DNA of 62,052 nucleotides from Girardia tigrina (lineage: Eukaryota): the NCBI GenBank assembly GCA_001938485.1, contig MQRK01182049.1:24808-86859 (forward strand), written 5' to 3'. This document shows, one piece after another, positions 25,119 to 39,169 of this stretch. The notes beneath the pieces were generated by a model. The model ran no database searches and was not told where the DNA came from. It worked only from the letters and a program-made list of their open reading frames with translations. The position numbers were made by a program, and so were the translations under genes. The stretch's first letter is position 1. Each line of letters begins with the position of its first letter.

Positions 25119-25156
25119 AACGACGCGTTTCGCAATAATAATCATATCATCAGATC
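25119..25156 (-). ncRNA. Minimal hammerhead ribozyme (family C), copy 1
   Basis: gau-CUGAUGA-U-AUGAU-uauu-AUUGC-GAAA-CGCG-UC-guu: palindromic ACGCGU stem III and GUC cleavage triplet; the closing pair of stem II is mismatched. Confidence 0.65.
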
Positions 25157-25726
25157 AATCCACACCATGTGTTAAGCGAACACATTATATGGGACAATAC
25201 AATAATTAAAAATATTTTACCAATTATTCGTGGGATTAAAATGAATTTATTTCATTTTTCTTAGAAATAAAGCAAAAATACATTGAACACGATTAATTCC
25301 ATTCTCGCAAACCAACCATTAGAAGGTTTCAATTGTCGATTGATAATACAGTATATTTACTCAATCGCTATGTACTATACGAGTTAAGCCATATGATAAA
25401 GATAAAAATTGACAGCCAAATAAAAGCTAATCATTAATTTGCAACTTCTCACATTGCCACTCAATTTTGGCCTTCACATCAAACCCAAAACAGTTTGAAA
25501 TCTCATCGGTGCAATTTGACTGAAATGCCTGACCAAATGACAATCTTAGTGAACAGTGTGTTCTCTCAAATGTATCAGGTTTCAGACTGGTGACATGCAG
25601 TGGCACATTCCGTCAGCGCAAGATATTCGCACACCGAGAAAATTAATTTGGTTTTGAATTTTTTCGTTCTTTTCAAATCGTTTAAAAAATCGAAAAGTAA
25701 AAAATCTTTATACAAGGGATACAAAA

Positions 25727-25764
25727 GACGACGCGTTTCGAGATACTAATCCCATCATCAGGTG
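25727..25764 (-). ncRNA. Minimal hammerhead ribozyme (family C), copy 2
   Basis: cac-CUGAUGA-U-GGGAU-uagu-AUCUC-GAAA-CGCG-UC-guc. It lies within a diverged ~110-bp direct repeat of 25090-25200. Confidence 0.8.
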
Positions 25765-27259
25765 AATCAACACCATCTACTTAACTAACAAATTATACGG
25801 AACTTTACAACAATCTTTCTTTTTTTATCCCTTGTAAATAATTTAGAGTTAATTAGATTTTTATTGATTTTTATATTCAAAGTAAATCAAATATTAATAT
25901 TATTTTAATATATTTTGTCCATTAGCGAGGATAAAAATGATCTAGAATCGAGACAAAAATTATTGTTTTCTTTATAAATTAAAGTTGAATTAATTTAATT
26001 TTAATAATAAAAGTCATGCTGATTAATCCTGTGGAATTATTTTTAATTTTAAATTATTTTTCTTTCTTTTTCTTTTTCTTTTTATAATTATATTTATTTT
26101 TTAAATAAAAAAATTATATTATACTAGGTTGTCAAGTATAAATTTTGTAGGAATGATTACTGTATTGTTTCATCTGACGTTACGTTTTTTTATTTTATGT
26201 AACCGTTACTTTTATTTTTTTTTTGATTTTGTCAGTCTTAATTGTATCAACGAATGTATGTTTGCTTATTTATTTATTTTCACCCTGCACTGTAAACTGC
26301 TAACATTTTTTATTTATTAAAATTATTTTTTACATAGTATTTTGCACTGAATTTAGGGATTCCGATAGAAAATACTTGATCGTTACTGGTCGTGAAACTT
26401 TAAAAAAATCTTATTGAATGTGGAAAACGGAATAATGGACAAAATCTAATGCATTTTCGAAAAATCAATAATGAAATCAGTAATTTTAAATTTAATGTCA
26501 TAACAATTACCTGCGGTTCGTGTATATTTGTTATTGCTTTATTAAAAATTGTGTTAACCAACATTGTTTTATTATTTTCTTTTTTGACAAATTGTTTTTG
26601 TTAATATATTTTTTATAACTAGGTTTATCAAAATAACAATTCTTCATTTTGATCAACTTAGTTTGTAATACTGTAATAATTTTCAACAGTAAAAGCAGCG
26701 ACTACAGTAAATTAATTAACTAACTATAAAAGTCGTTGTTTTTACAATTACAATAAATTCAAAAAGTTTTAATTTGACAATGATTTCCCATTTTGTTGCT
26801 CAATTTTTTGTTTCATTGTTGTATATCTTGGCTACTGAGCACACCAATTCAAAATTATTGATAAATAATCGTTTTAATAATTTTTTTAATAATCAGGTTC
26901 GGAAATTAAATTATTTATTATTTGCTATTATTATTTATATATAAATTTCGAATCCTTCATATCTTATCTTATACAAGACAATTAAGACATTTATTTCAAT
27001 GACAGTCACTGACATTTTTTATTGCTGATAATTTTTGCTGGAATTTGCTTTGCTTATATGAGAAAATTAACTTAAAATGAAATGATCTCTTCGGAAAACA
27101 AAATATAATATCAGTGGGCCTAGCACAATTGGATCGATTGTTCAGATTATCCATTGTATGAGTATGCTACCACCGCCAAATTCTTGGGAAGAGTCGGGAA
27201 TCGAGCGGAAGAGTCAGTATTTTAAAAAATTGATTAGGTAGAAATTCAAACTATTTGAA

Positions 27260-27620
27260 CCAAATTGTTTCACGAAATTTGTGAAAGGTTATTTTAACCT
27301 CAATAATGATTTTTTTGGTCGCCCAAGAACGCAGATAGACAATGACAAACTTAAGTTGACCATTAAGTAGAATCCATCACCCAGTGCTCATAATTTATTG
27401 ATAAGGTTTGCTGTTAAAAATCAAAAAATATTGAATCACTTGCCTGAAATTGGTAAATTAAAAATGTTGGATAAGTGAATTTTTCATCAGTTGAATAAAA
27501 AGCTGAAACGAAAGCGTCTCTTGTGAAGGAAGCTAGATTAGACATGATTATCACAAACGTTCAGCAAGCTGTGTGGACAAGGTGAAGCACCAAAACACAC
27601 TGCAAAGCACAATATTCGAA
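27260..27620 (+). mobile_element. Mariner transposase remnant
   Basis: CFTKFVKGYFNLNND...GRPRTQIDNDKLK and WVDKGEAPKHTAK-like segments; same family as 5660-5900. Confidence 0.6.
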
Positions 27621-30299
27621 AAATCTTTAGACTTTTTTCACTTATTATATGAGAAAATGAATGCGAATTTGCTTCTCAACATCGATAGCTTAGTTTACTA
27701 GTATAGTTTTGTCTACCCAAGGTTTTTGTTGAGGTACGTAGAAAATGATAATTTTAATTAAGACCCAGCAAATGACTTTATAATTATTCTTTGCCAATAA
27801 TTTTTGACTTTTGAAGATTCCGTAACTTAGGTTTCCTAAAATGTTAAAAGATTATTATTCAAAACATTATTGTTTTTTACTTTCTGTAGTCAATAGAAAA
27901 ACAAAAGTTTCAAAATTTTGTCTTACCGCACATCTGACTTGATTATCACAGACTCAAAAAATGTAAAATATAGTAACAGAAAAGTACTTAAAAATATTGT
28001 TTTGAATGATTCATCCTTTTTCTTTCTTATTTTGTTTCTTAGACATTTTGCCGTAGTTGGACAACCTTACACCCTTGTGTACTATTTGCAGTCGCTCATC
28101 ACAAAACCTGCTTTGCTCCATACGCTCGATTGTATTTAATCATCTACCCTTTGTCTCTTTCTCTTTGTCTTTCTCCTAATACTATTCCTTCAAACTTAAC
28201 CTTATCTAGGTCTTGTTTTCTTATCTAATACCCGAAAACGTTCAGCTAAATTCTCTTATCGATCTCTTCTATTGATTCCGTCTTTCATCTAGTATTTCTG
28301 CCACTCTCCTCCAGAAAAAATCTTTTGTACTCTTTTCTGTCATGTGATATTTAACATTCTCCTGTAGAATTTCATTTCAAATGATTTAATTTTGTAATTT
28401 CTCTTCCTATTTAGTTTCCAACTCTGGCATCTATAACAAAATTATGCCCAGAAAATTGCTAAAATTTTCCCATCGCCAATAAATAATGTGGATGATATTT
28501 GAAGGGTTTGCGTGTGCCAATAAAATGAGCCGGTCTCTATCTACTAATCCAAGCCATCCGTCAATCGATCATGTAACACCGAAATGTTCACCAGAGAGAA
28601 ATATCAGTCAACGAAATGCCTTCAGAAACTCCAATAAATATCAATTATATCGCTGCATGATTAACAATATTAGTGAACATCAGATGCACAATCTCCGCAT
28701 CACAGCAGAACAATAGAACCTTTCCCAATCAACACAATTGTTATTTGTATAAAATTGTGAAACACGAGCAAATAAATTCAATTGATTGTTCGACATTACC
28801 AAACATTTTATGATGTTTGTTTTATATGAATACACAAAATAATGCTTATATCAACATGAATTCTCACATAACATTTTGTGTTGGTTTCACACAAACAATG
28901 ATGCCCGAAAACAATAAAGTGAACGCACTTCGCCACCACTAAACCATCTTCATTCTTAGATAATTTATAAGTTCCATAAAACAACAAGTGATGATTCTCA
29001 TCTTCCTCCTTGTCTCTATCAGAAACTCGATCTCGGCAATTCATCAATGATCACCGAAGTGTACCGCTATTCAAAAAAAACATTTAGAGAATAAAATTTT
29101 ACTTTAATGTATTCACCTTAAAACAAATCGAAATTAAGTCTAAAACAATTATCAAAATTACTTAATTACTGTGTTTAAACAATCTGTTCTTAAGAAAATA
29201 AATTTTCAATCTTACATGTATAGTAGACATTTTCACTTGACAATGAAAAAAATATTCTGGATTTTGATTTATTTAGCCTATAGAACTGACCAATAGGATT
29301 GCAGTATTTCAAAATATCAAAGTTTAACTAGTATGTATAATCTACGTACACAGTTCTATTTAGAAATCATTTACTGTTACATTAAATAATACGATTTTGA
29401 CATACATGATGAATACCTCCGCCAGTCATAAACAAATTGTTTCAAAATCAATCGCAAATATTCATTAGATTAAGAAAATCAAATATAGATAAAATTCAGT
29501 ATTTCTCAGTCACTTGTAAAGAACAGATTGTCGACATCAGAGAAAATCGAAAATAAAACTCAATTTCCGGAACAAAAAATATTTTGTGATAATTATAACT
29601 TGTTTGACTCGACCCCAAAGATATACACATCACAATTGAGAGACTTTGGAAACAGAATTACTTATTTATTTTAATATAAATTTCTATATTATTTCCAAAT
29701 AGTCTAAAATAAATACCAAAAGCAACTTATACGTAGAACATTGGGTTTTTTTAAAAACACTCCTCATGTCCTTAAAATATGATGATGTTTCCCAGAGACT
29801 TTTTATCCGTTAGTGAAATTACATTTTGTCAGATCCGTTTGTTTTTCTAAGAGAAATTATATTAATAATCCTTCTTAACATACTTCAGATCACTTCATAT
29901 AAAGTTCTCTGTCATCCTATTGTTTTATTTGCAGAGTGATGTTCTGTCTCTCAAACAGACTTCAGAACATCCTATTTTGAGTCATTTTCAAATTCCCTTT
30001 GAAAAGAAATAAATTAAAATTGAAAAAAGGATTTACAATCTATTTGTTTATTATTGTCTTACAATGTCGTTTGATGAGGAGAAGCAGTTTATGTTTACGG
30101 ATACGTTATACCTGGTAAGTGTTAAGGACATGATTTTGATAAAATTTCTGATGACATTTGTAGTGACCTACCCGAATATATATTAATATTATTATAATAT
30201 ATCTTAATAAAATAATTATTAATAATGATTATTGGATTTAATAATTAGCAATGGTCATTTAATATTGTCATTTCTGTACATATGAGGCATTTATCGTTC

Positions 30300-30565
30300 G
30301 AATAAATTTATTCAAAACAAAACGGATTTAATACCGAAGAAGTGTGATCTTGTTCCTACCGAAATATCAAAATCCAGTTCCAATGGCAGTTTAGATTTCA
30401 AATCTACAAAAACAGGTAGTCGTACAATTTCATTCGGATTTATTTGTGTCGATAAATCACTCTCCATCCCTTTCAATATCTCAGTTCAAATCAGACAATT
30501 AAATTTCAATCAACTTTCCGCTCCATCTAAACATTTAATAAATCCTTTATTTACCCAATACTTTT
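30300..30565 (-). pseudogene. Possible dynein heavy chain C-terminal pseudo-exon
   Basis: GFIKCLDGAE...PNEIVRLPVFVDLKSKLPLELDFDISVGTRSHFF resembles the dynein heavy chain end (VTLPVYLN...FTVDFEI); in-frame stops. Confidence 0.3.
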
Positions 30566-32213
30566 AAAGTAACATAATTCTTTTATTAGTTGTTCTTCTT
30601 TTCGGGTCTTGTGTATAGTCAATTATTAATTTAAATTTATTATATAATCATAATTTATTTATTTCTAATTTATTCTTATTTGATAAAAGCTGGTTCATAA
30701 AGATATGCAATTATATCTATTTGTTAACCCGAGTTTACAACAACGTTTGGATATGCCAATGTTACTTTAGGACCTTGAATGGCTCTTATTTTCTTAACTC
30801 TTGCATTAAAATTATTTATTAAATACAAAATATAACCGATGTGATCAGTTTACATTCGTACCATACGAAGTTGAAACCCTAATGATTGAGAATGAACAAA
30901 TAAGAATTATTTTTATATTTGAAATGGAAAATCGAAGCCTATTTATTTTAAAAATTAAAATCAATCTCTAGGAGAATAGTAAGTGGCTGACAATAGTCGA
31001 TAATATAAATGCAAAGTGGTCTTCACAAAACCGGGTTTCGCTATCTTATCTGAGGATGAATGTTTAAATTATTGAGTTCGAGAAAATCATTAATGAACAT
31101 TTTGTTATCAAAAATTGAACGAAATCTAGGTAGCTGGAAGATTCAAATTAATGAATCAATTAATTATTAACATTTGTCTATATATTGATTTCTTAAGATG
31201 ACTTAAAAATCAATTATTGAATATTAACATGTTCTAAAACATTTGTGTTAGATCTTATTCTTAAAATTTTCCTGTTAGTCTTTAATATTTGTATATTAAA
31301 TGATTTTCTTTTAGCTAAAAAATTAAAAAATTTGATCAAATTGCAGTTTGTTTAACTGCATCAATTGTAAATACAAAAATTGAAAAAATGTATATTTTTT
31401 TGAGTTTTGAGTATTTTTGATGGATAATTTTAAATTTCAACGACAACGATCAACTAAATCTGTTTACTTGTGAGATCGAGCAATAAAAAATTTAAAATGG
31501 TTAACTAGTAGAATTCCAGTTTTGATTGTAAAATGCTTCTGTGCACGAGTGTACCTTCAGATAATAACCACTTCTTGGGTGTTCCAATTAAAAAACATAG
31601 TCTATACGTTTTTTACTGGGTAAATTAGGTAGAAAAGTGGTTACGGTAAAATTATCTTATCTATTACTACGTGGGACTCGAGTGATCCTAAAAAATGAAA
31701 CAAATATACAAAGATAAATAATGATGAAATTAATTTAATTAATTAAGTCACTGACTTGAAGTAAATTGTGTAACAAAAAGTTTCGACCAAGTTATTAATA
31801 AACGCGATTTCATGTAATCGATTTTAAGTAATCATCATTTAAGCAAAACGTTTTATTAATTATGTGAAGATTTTGGAAGTCTCGTTTAAATTTTTGAATT
31901 AAAGATAAAAAAACCTTTAAAATCAATATTAAATTATAAAAGTAAAAAATAGAAATTTAATGTAAAATTTTTGAAGACGATTAAGTTTCAATATTAATAA
32001 TATTAAAAATAAATGTCTTTGATAAAATTTTAAATAATGAAACTTGTAATTAAAAAGATTTAAAAAACGAATTAAATATAAGATCTGAAAAAATAGTTTA
32101 ACGGAATTTCTTAAACTTTAAAAGTAAATATAATATGCAAAAAAAACTAAATATCATAATAAATATTAAATTTTAATGAAGTTTAATAAAATGTTAATCC
32201 AAAAAATACAATA

Positions 32214-32265
<52 letters not shown>

Positions 32266-32492
32266 NNNNNNNNNNNNNNNNNNNNNNNNNNNNNNNNNNN
32301 NNNNNNNNNNNNNNNNNNNNNNNNNNNNNNNNNNNNNNNNNNNNNNNNNNNNNNNNNNNNNNNNNNNNNNNNNNNNNNNNNNNNNNNNNAATATTTACTT
32401 TAATTTCCTATTTTTCTAGCAATACTTTTATTCTCATACTAAAAATTACCAAGTAAAGAAGTCATTTCAAAATTTGCAATTTTATTTACAAT

Positions 32493-33551
32493 TTACAAGC
32501 GAACTTTTTGCACTTTCATTTCTGCAAATTTATTGATAACAGTATCAAAATTCAGTTCAGCAGCAAGCTCCCTCATAATGGAGAGAATTGCCAAGTCTGT
32601 AAGCCTTGATTGGCTCATTGTAGATCGGAGATAGTTCTTAATGAGCTTTAATTTGGAAAACGCAGCTGGCAACGTTAATAGCCCGGGTAAGAAAGATGCG
32701 CAGCAAAATCACAATATTATGGACGGAGTCTCTCAGGTGATATCTCTGTATGAAGCTCATAAGTTCTAAAGGTCCGTCGATTCTGTTATTTTCTGAAGCT
32801 CTGACAAAATACTGCAGTCTTCTTCTTTCGGTTAAGAAGTTCTCTTTCTCCATCTCGTCTTCTATTTCACCAAGTTGGCAATCGTAATTATCATCAAAGA
32901 GATTCGATGGTGCAATAACAGCATATCTGTTTGCAAGATCATGAACTTGTTGAAATGATGAATATATTTCGTCTATCAACCTGTCTAAGACAGACAGAAT
33001 TTCCCATCTCAACTCAGCATCAAATATCATCGCTACATCAGTCGATCCCTCGCCATCCATTCTTTTCTTTTTGCGATTACGACGCTCCATAGTTATCCAT
33101 ACTTACTTTCAAAGCAGAGCATTTTGGATTCGTCCATTGCACTGTCCACCATCTTTTCTCTATTCTTAAAAATGTAATCTCTCAGTGATATGAGCTTGGC
33201 AGAACTTTGATGCAGATTGAGCCCTTTTGTTTGAAGATACTTCTNNNNNNNNNNNNNNNNNNNNNNNNNNNNNNNNNNNNNNNNNNNNNNNNNNNNNNNN
33301 NNNNNNNNNNNNNNNNNNNNNNNNNNNNNNNNNNCATCTGATCTTGTCATTAAATTTTCTCCTTCTTTGGTGAGCTTCTCCAGAGCAGTCACGACTTGTG
33401 ATAATTTTTTCACCAACACATTTACAGCATCAGCTCGAGTGCTCCATCTGGTTTCCACAGCCCATTTGATACTTAGACCAGTCTCATGAATCAGGACATC
33501 CCAGCGATGCGTAGATGAGGAAAAAAGAGAACAACGGGTCCAATGTGCCAA
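32493..33551 (-). mobile_element. hAT (Tip100/ZMYM-type) transposase, C-terminal part, frameshifted
   Basis: FSSSTHRWDVL, ETRWSTRADAV, KYLQTKGLNL and LRIFLT..INVASC/FSKLKLIKNYLRSTMSQSRLTDLAILSI (hATC dimerisation domain). Confidence 0.9.
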
Positions 33552-33561
33552 AACATGTAAC

Positions 33562-33594
<33 letters not shown>

Positions 33595-33686
33595 NNNNNN
33601 NNNNNNNNNNNNNNNNNNNNNNNNNNNNNNNNNNNNNNNNNNNNNNNNNNNNNNNNNNNNNNNNNNNNNNNNNNNNNNNNNNNNNN

Positions 33687-33718
<32 letters not shown>

Positions 33719-34310
33719 CATTTAATACAGAATTAATATATATAAATATTAGAAAATAGTTTTAAATTAAAAAATTAATTACAATACAAAATTTCGATAA
33801 TAATTAATTTATACATATTTATGTTTACAATTATTTTGATATTATTGATTAGTGCAAGAAAAATTAAAAATCGTTCCTCAGAAATTTACTCAGGCAAAGA
33901 TTGTTTAAATAATTTGTCTAGAGATATTAATCTCTTTGTTTTAATTGGTGATTATCACGAACCTAATAAACATTTTAATAATAATTGAATAAATCTCAAT
34001 AAATGTTCAAGAATCTTTTAATTATCTATTAGATTTGATTTTTATTTGTTTCTTTTGTTATTAATGTATAATAGAAATAAATTTATTTATATAAAAGTTT
34101 TAATAAAATAATTTTTAATTATTTTCTAACTTAATAAAAACGAATAATTGTTATACAAGATTGTTTCAATTTACCAGATTTTATTAAAATTAAACTTAAA
34201 AAAATATTTTTTCAAAATATTCGATAAATATATAAATATTTCTTTTCGAAAATTAATTTTGTTTATACATTTAATAAAAGCAACACTTATCCATTAAAAA
34301 TATATTTAAA

Positions 34311-34349
34311 GATAATATATTTCGACGGATCAACCGTCATCTTCAGGTC
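34311..34349 (-). ncRNA. Minimal hammerhead ribozyme (family A)
   Basis: gac-CUGAAGA-U-GACGG-uugau-CCGUC-GAAA-UAUA-UU-auc. Confidence 0.75.
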
Positions 34350-34892
34350 ACTGATTAATAATCAATTCAGACATATAAATACTAAAATGAAGACTATATT
34401 ATCTATTTCATGAAATCATGCTAATCAAAAATTTACAATAAGCTGGTTGAGACTGCGATTGAACATTTTAGGGCAATGTGACCTAATTAACAATTCTTCA
34501 CACGACACTCTCCCAATAACTATCAAAATACTTACACAGAATTTTGAAATTATCAATATTAACATCACATTTACATTTTTTCCTATGTTCTGCAATATTA
34601 CTCTTACTCTCTTTTCGACCATGTTCCTGAATTCGTTTACAGAGATGACGGGCAGTCTCACCAATGTATGTGACACCGCACCCATCACATTTATATTCAT
34701 AAACAATATCAGAACAAAGTGTTAAAGGTGTAATAGATTTATTACTGAACATATTTTAAATTTTATTTGATCGTGATATAATTTTTAAATTTAATTCATT
34801 GTTAGTTGCTTTAATCAATGCATTTGCCTTATTCTAAAGCATTTAAAAACTTTTAAAATGAAAATATACCTGTAAATTGATTATTAATTAGT

Positions 34893-34931
34893 GGCCTGAA
34901 GATGACGGTTGGTCCGTCGAAATATATTGTC
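34893..34931 (+). ncRNA. Minimal hammerhead ribozyme (family A)
   Basis: ggc-CUGAAGA-U-GACGG-uuggu-CCGUC-GAAA-UAUA-UU-guc. Confidence 0.8.
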
Positions 34932-37109
34932 TATAAATATATTTTTTAATGGATGAGGGTTGTTTTTAATAGAAAATTGTCATTCGGATTTCACTTTTTT
35001 ATTAAATTCTTTTTTGTACATGTTTTGGAAATTATTTTCCATCATTAGCAATTAAATTTGTTAGAATGTTTCACACGATTTTTTTACACCCATCGTGTAA
35101 ATCAAAAATATGAAAGCACTTATTTTATGAACAAGTAGATGATTTCTAAGTAGAACAGTTGACTTACAAACTTTGATATATAGAAATACTGCAATTGGGT
35201 AGTTCTATAAGCCATATGTATATAAGCTATATTTATTCCGGAAAACAGTAAATGCCAATCTTTCACAGGGTATGAAGAAGGCTCGTGAAAAGGCAAGTTG
35301 CACTTGCTGGTACCGTCTTCAAGGGCTAATGTGTTATTTAAACCAGTAAAAAACCTTAAAACGTACATTTTTTAAAATTTACGATTGAAAATCCCAATAT
35401 TATTTCTTTCAACTTTAAACATAATCTTCCAAAAAAACGGATTTAATCCACTGCTTCATTAGGTTAAACAAAAAATTGAATTTATATGTAAATAATAAAT
35501 AGGAATAAAAAATAAATAATTCTTTCACTTTTGATTATTAATTACTGGAACATGATGAACAACGATTGACAATATGATCTCTCATTATGTGAATCAAAAT
35601 TTGTTAAAGAATAAGGAACTCCTAAAGTAAGATTGTTAAGACTCGTTTCTTGTATTGTGATGTAAATGTGGATCTTCAATTTTGAGTCGCCCTTCCGAGA
35701 CAGTAGTAAGTATTATCGTCTGTAATAATCGCCAACCACTGATTATAGACCCTTGCATTCCGAAGGTAAACAGTATGAATAAATTCGAAAACTTCCCACT
35801 TAATGGTAGCTCTACCTTAGGTAGTAGTGGATTGCAAGCCATCCAATTACTATCTCGGTTTTTCTCCAAGCAACTTGCCATTCATCCCTTTAGCTTCCCA
35901 TTGATAACACAGCGACATCAACCATTTCAAAGGAGGAGTTTCCTATTTTTCATAAATATTAAATTTATTGTAATAATTTTATTTTCATTTTAATTATACT
36001 TTCTTTTTAAAAATATTTTTAGCTTCACAATTTTGAAAATCATATTTGCCTCTTCTTTGCTCGTGTAACAAATGTTATTTATCGTACATGTTTGCTATTT
36101 TTGTAGTATCATCTGCCTGTTATTTGTGATCGTAATTATTCTATTTATTTATACAACTGTAAATAATTATAATGGAACAGAATTAATATTCGTTGCCCTA
36201 ACAACCGTATCAAATCTCAGAATATCTCTCCTCTCACATCTCTCACATCCTCCGTATTCCTATTTCGTTTACAGTTGCGAGAACATAGTTCTTGTGCATT
36301 TTGAGATGCTTCCTCTGATTGTCTTCGGTTTGCTGTTGTGAAACTCGTGGGTGATATTTTCTTTTACCTAATTATTAATGAATTGCTTTTAAATATTACT
36401 TTAGGCACTTAAAGAAATCTCAAATCTGTGGGAAATAGAGAAAAAAATTAAATGGGAAAAGTTTTATATTTTTTTCTTTCTAATCGATTTTATTATCTTT
36501 TTTTGCTTTGTCGACAATTGTTTTCAAAGTAAAATACAATAGAAGTAGTAAGAATGAAAACAGAATCTTTTAGTTTGCTTTTTTGAGAAAGTTGTAGAGA
36601 AAGTTATGTATATTTATTTTGTTTTTCCCGTACAAACAATAGATACAGCTTGAAAACAATAGTGAACAAAAGAGAGCTTTAGATGTCAATACTGTCCCGT
36701 TGGTCGAGGTCGAAATTAGCCCAGTCAGAATGGTAATTATGTCGGTTGATAAGGCAATTGTCCATTGTATCAAATAAATGTAGAGGAAGATTTTTTAAAA
36801 GTTTATGAATTTCGTAACCTCTTTCATTAACTAAACAAGCAGGAAGATCATACATCTTTATACTAGGGAACCCCAGGTATCTAAAGCTTTTTCATAATTT
36901 CCCCCTGAGAGAAAACAAGTTTATTGTGCTTTTAGGTGCGAAAGCCATTATTTAAAGATAGAGCTATTTAAATCTGCAATAATAGCTGAAAGTTTCCAGC
37001 CGATCCTGATTGGTTGAAATAATATACATCTTGATCGAACTTAAGCAGAATTAATTAAAGAAAAATGTTTTTTTAAAAGTAAATTAAATAAAGTAATTAA
37101 TTGAAAATT

Positions 37110-37560
37110 TTAGTAAAAAATCATTTTCACAATGAATGCGTTTACTCGTTTTCTCTATCTGAACATCATTCATACCTTTAAGTATATCTGCTTTAACAAC
37201 ATTTACTTTGGCACCGGTATCCAAAAGACATTCAACATTCATATTCTTTGTATTAAATTCAATGCTTGGTCTTCCATTCAATTTGTCATATTGAGCTTTG
37301 ATATTTTCAACATTTCTTCCTGTTTCAACTTTTGCTATTTTGTCTTTATCTCCTTATCAAAACAGTATGTTTCAAATTCTTCTTTCCAAAAATCTAATTC
37401 ACAAACTTCGAGAGGAGTATCTTCCAACACTCAATCACACATACGTTCATACATACCATTACATACACAATCACATACACACACATTTTTACTTTTTAGT
37501 GAAGCACACTGATCACTTCTCCTTGTGATCGTGCATCCTCGTTTCCATGGTCATTGTCGT
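37110..37560 (-). mobile_element. Gypsy LTR retrotransposon gag/aspartic protease fragment
   Basis: NGRPSIEF...VECLLDTGAKVNVV retropepsin motif. Confidence 0.8.
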
Positions 37561-37569
37561 ATACTTGTC

Positions 37570-38040
37570 TATTATCTGTAAACATTCTTTGCCTCGAGTT
37601 CGAGTTGTGTTCGGACATTGTTTATCAATACACATGTAATGGGTGCAATGCCACATACATCGGAGAGACTGCCCGTCATCTCTGCAAACGAGTCCAAGAA
37701 CACAGTCAAAAAGGGGGAAAGAGTAGTATTGCTGAGCATAAATAAACGTGTAAATGTAATATGAGCATAAATGATTTTAAGATTTTGTGCAAGCATTTTA
37801 AAAATTATTGGGAGAGAGTGTCATGTGAAGCATTGTTGATAAGATCATGTGATCCAAAAATCAATGTTCAAACAGCACNCTCAACTAATTTGTTAAGAGT
37901 TTNCGATTAGACTTACGTAAGTGATTACACAATCATTCATTTCTTATATAAAAGCAATAAAAAAGAACATAATCAGTGATCTGATGATGACGGTTAAACC
38001 GTCGAAATATATTATCCTAAAATATATATTTAAATGGCGT
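37570..38040 (+). mobile_element. Penelope-like 3' fragment: GIY-YIG plus pLTR
   Basis: CSDIVYQYTCNGCNATYIGETARHLCKRVQEH...CEALLIRSCDPKINVQ, then a pLTR with a hammerhead. Confidence 0.9.
37978..38016 (+). ncRNA. Minimal hammerhead ribozyme (family A)
   Basis: gau-CUGAUGA-U-GACGG-uuaaa-CCGUC-GAAA-UAUA-UU-auc. Stem I gau/auc covaries with ggc/guc in the 34893 copy. Confidence 0.8.
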
Positions 38041-39169
38041 TTATTTGTTTATAAAAATTTATAAATTTTAGAAAATAACAATAAATTTAAATATTCTAAA
38101 TTACTTTTTTTGTATTTAAAGCATATAAATATTAACTGGGTTTTAAGTTAAATATTGAATTAAAAACCATTAAATTGATAGAAATCGTTGTAAATTAGCT
38201 AAAATACGTTTAAAAAAGTACAATAAAAATTAAATTGTGTAGATTTTATAATGTATTTTAAAGAAATTTTAATAAAATATTAAAAATTTCATGTAATCAA
38301 AAAAATAATAAATTTTATTTTAAATTAAGATTTTTAATAAGTTATCAGTATTATAATCCAGTATTTTTATGTATAACCAAAAAGAAAATAAAAGAAAAGT
38401 TCAAGAAAAATTGTTTAAATAATTGTTATTATTATAGAAATAAAAATTTGGTGTTGATGAATTCAATTCTTGATCAAGAATCCAATAGAATGTTAACAAA
38501 TTGTAAATGTTTTCGTTTTCTATTAACTCCATATATTAACATAATTATAAATTTATTTTATAATACATGTTTTTAAAAATTATTTTACAATCTATTTGTA
38601 ATGTTATATTCTCCTAATATTTTTTTAAAATAAAATAGCAATTATTTTCCAATCATTTTCTGTCAATTAGATCACATTTCCGCGGACAATGTAAATTATT
38701 CATACATATCTCCCACAAATTCCATTCAGAAAGATCATACATGAACACATTTGTTCGGTAAAGTAATATTACTTTGGGATTATTAACAAAATATATAAAT
38801 TTGGACATTAATAAACCTAATTAATGTAATATAAGGGAAAGAGTAATTATAAAAACACTCAGGAAGATCAATTTTTTTAACTCTTAAGGTTTTAATTTAT
38901 TATACTAGACAAAGAAAAGGGAAACCTGATGTAATTTATTAAAATATATTAAATTTATATTTTTCAGTTTAAAATAAATTGGATCGTATTGGTTCCATTT
39001 AATGAAATGAGGGCCGAATATCTTTCTCCTTTTTCTCTTCTCACCATAGATCCTTCCATGCGGATATTTGCTCTCTTTCATTTTTTTACTATTACAGTCG
39101 GTGTCATCATCGCTCTCACTGCGGTTTTCTTTCAAACATATTTTCATTTTAATAAATTATTTTCCTAAT

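Larger units (their letters stand above)
34274..34968 (-). mobile_element. Truncated Penelope-like element: GIY-YIG endonuclease fragment between inverted pLTRs
   Basis: CSDIVYEYKCDGCGVTYIGETARHLCKRIQEH...NFKIL (34752-34440). Inverted repeats of about 95 bp (34274-34366 and 34875-34968) each carry a hammerhead. Confidence 0.92.

Noticed and set aside
28490-28570. WW-domain-like ETGSFYWHTQT
   Set aside because: Too short and stop-ridden to support a call.
32218-33716. (TA)n tracts and their YIYIY ORFs
   Set aside because: Simple microsatellites at assembly gaps, with no coding meaning.
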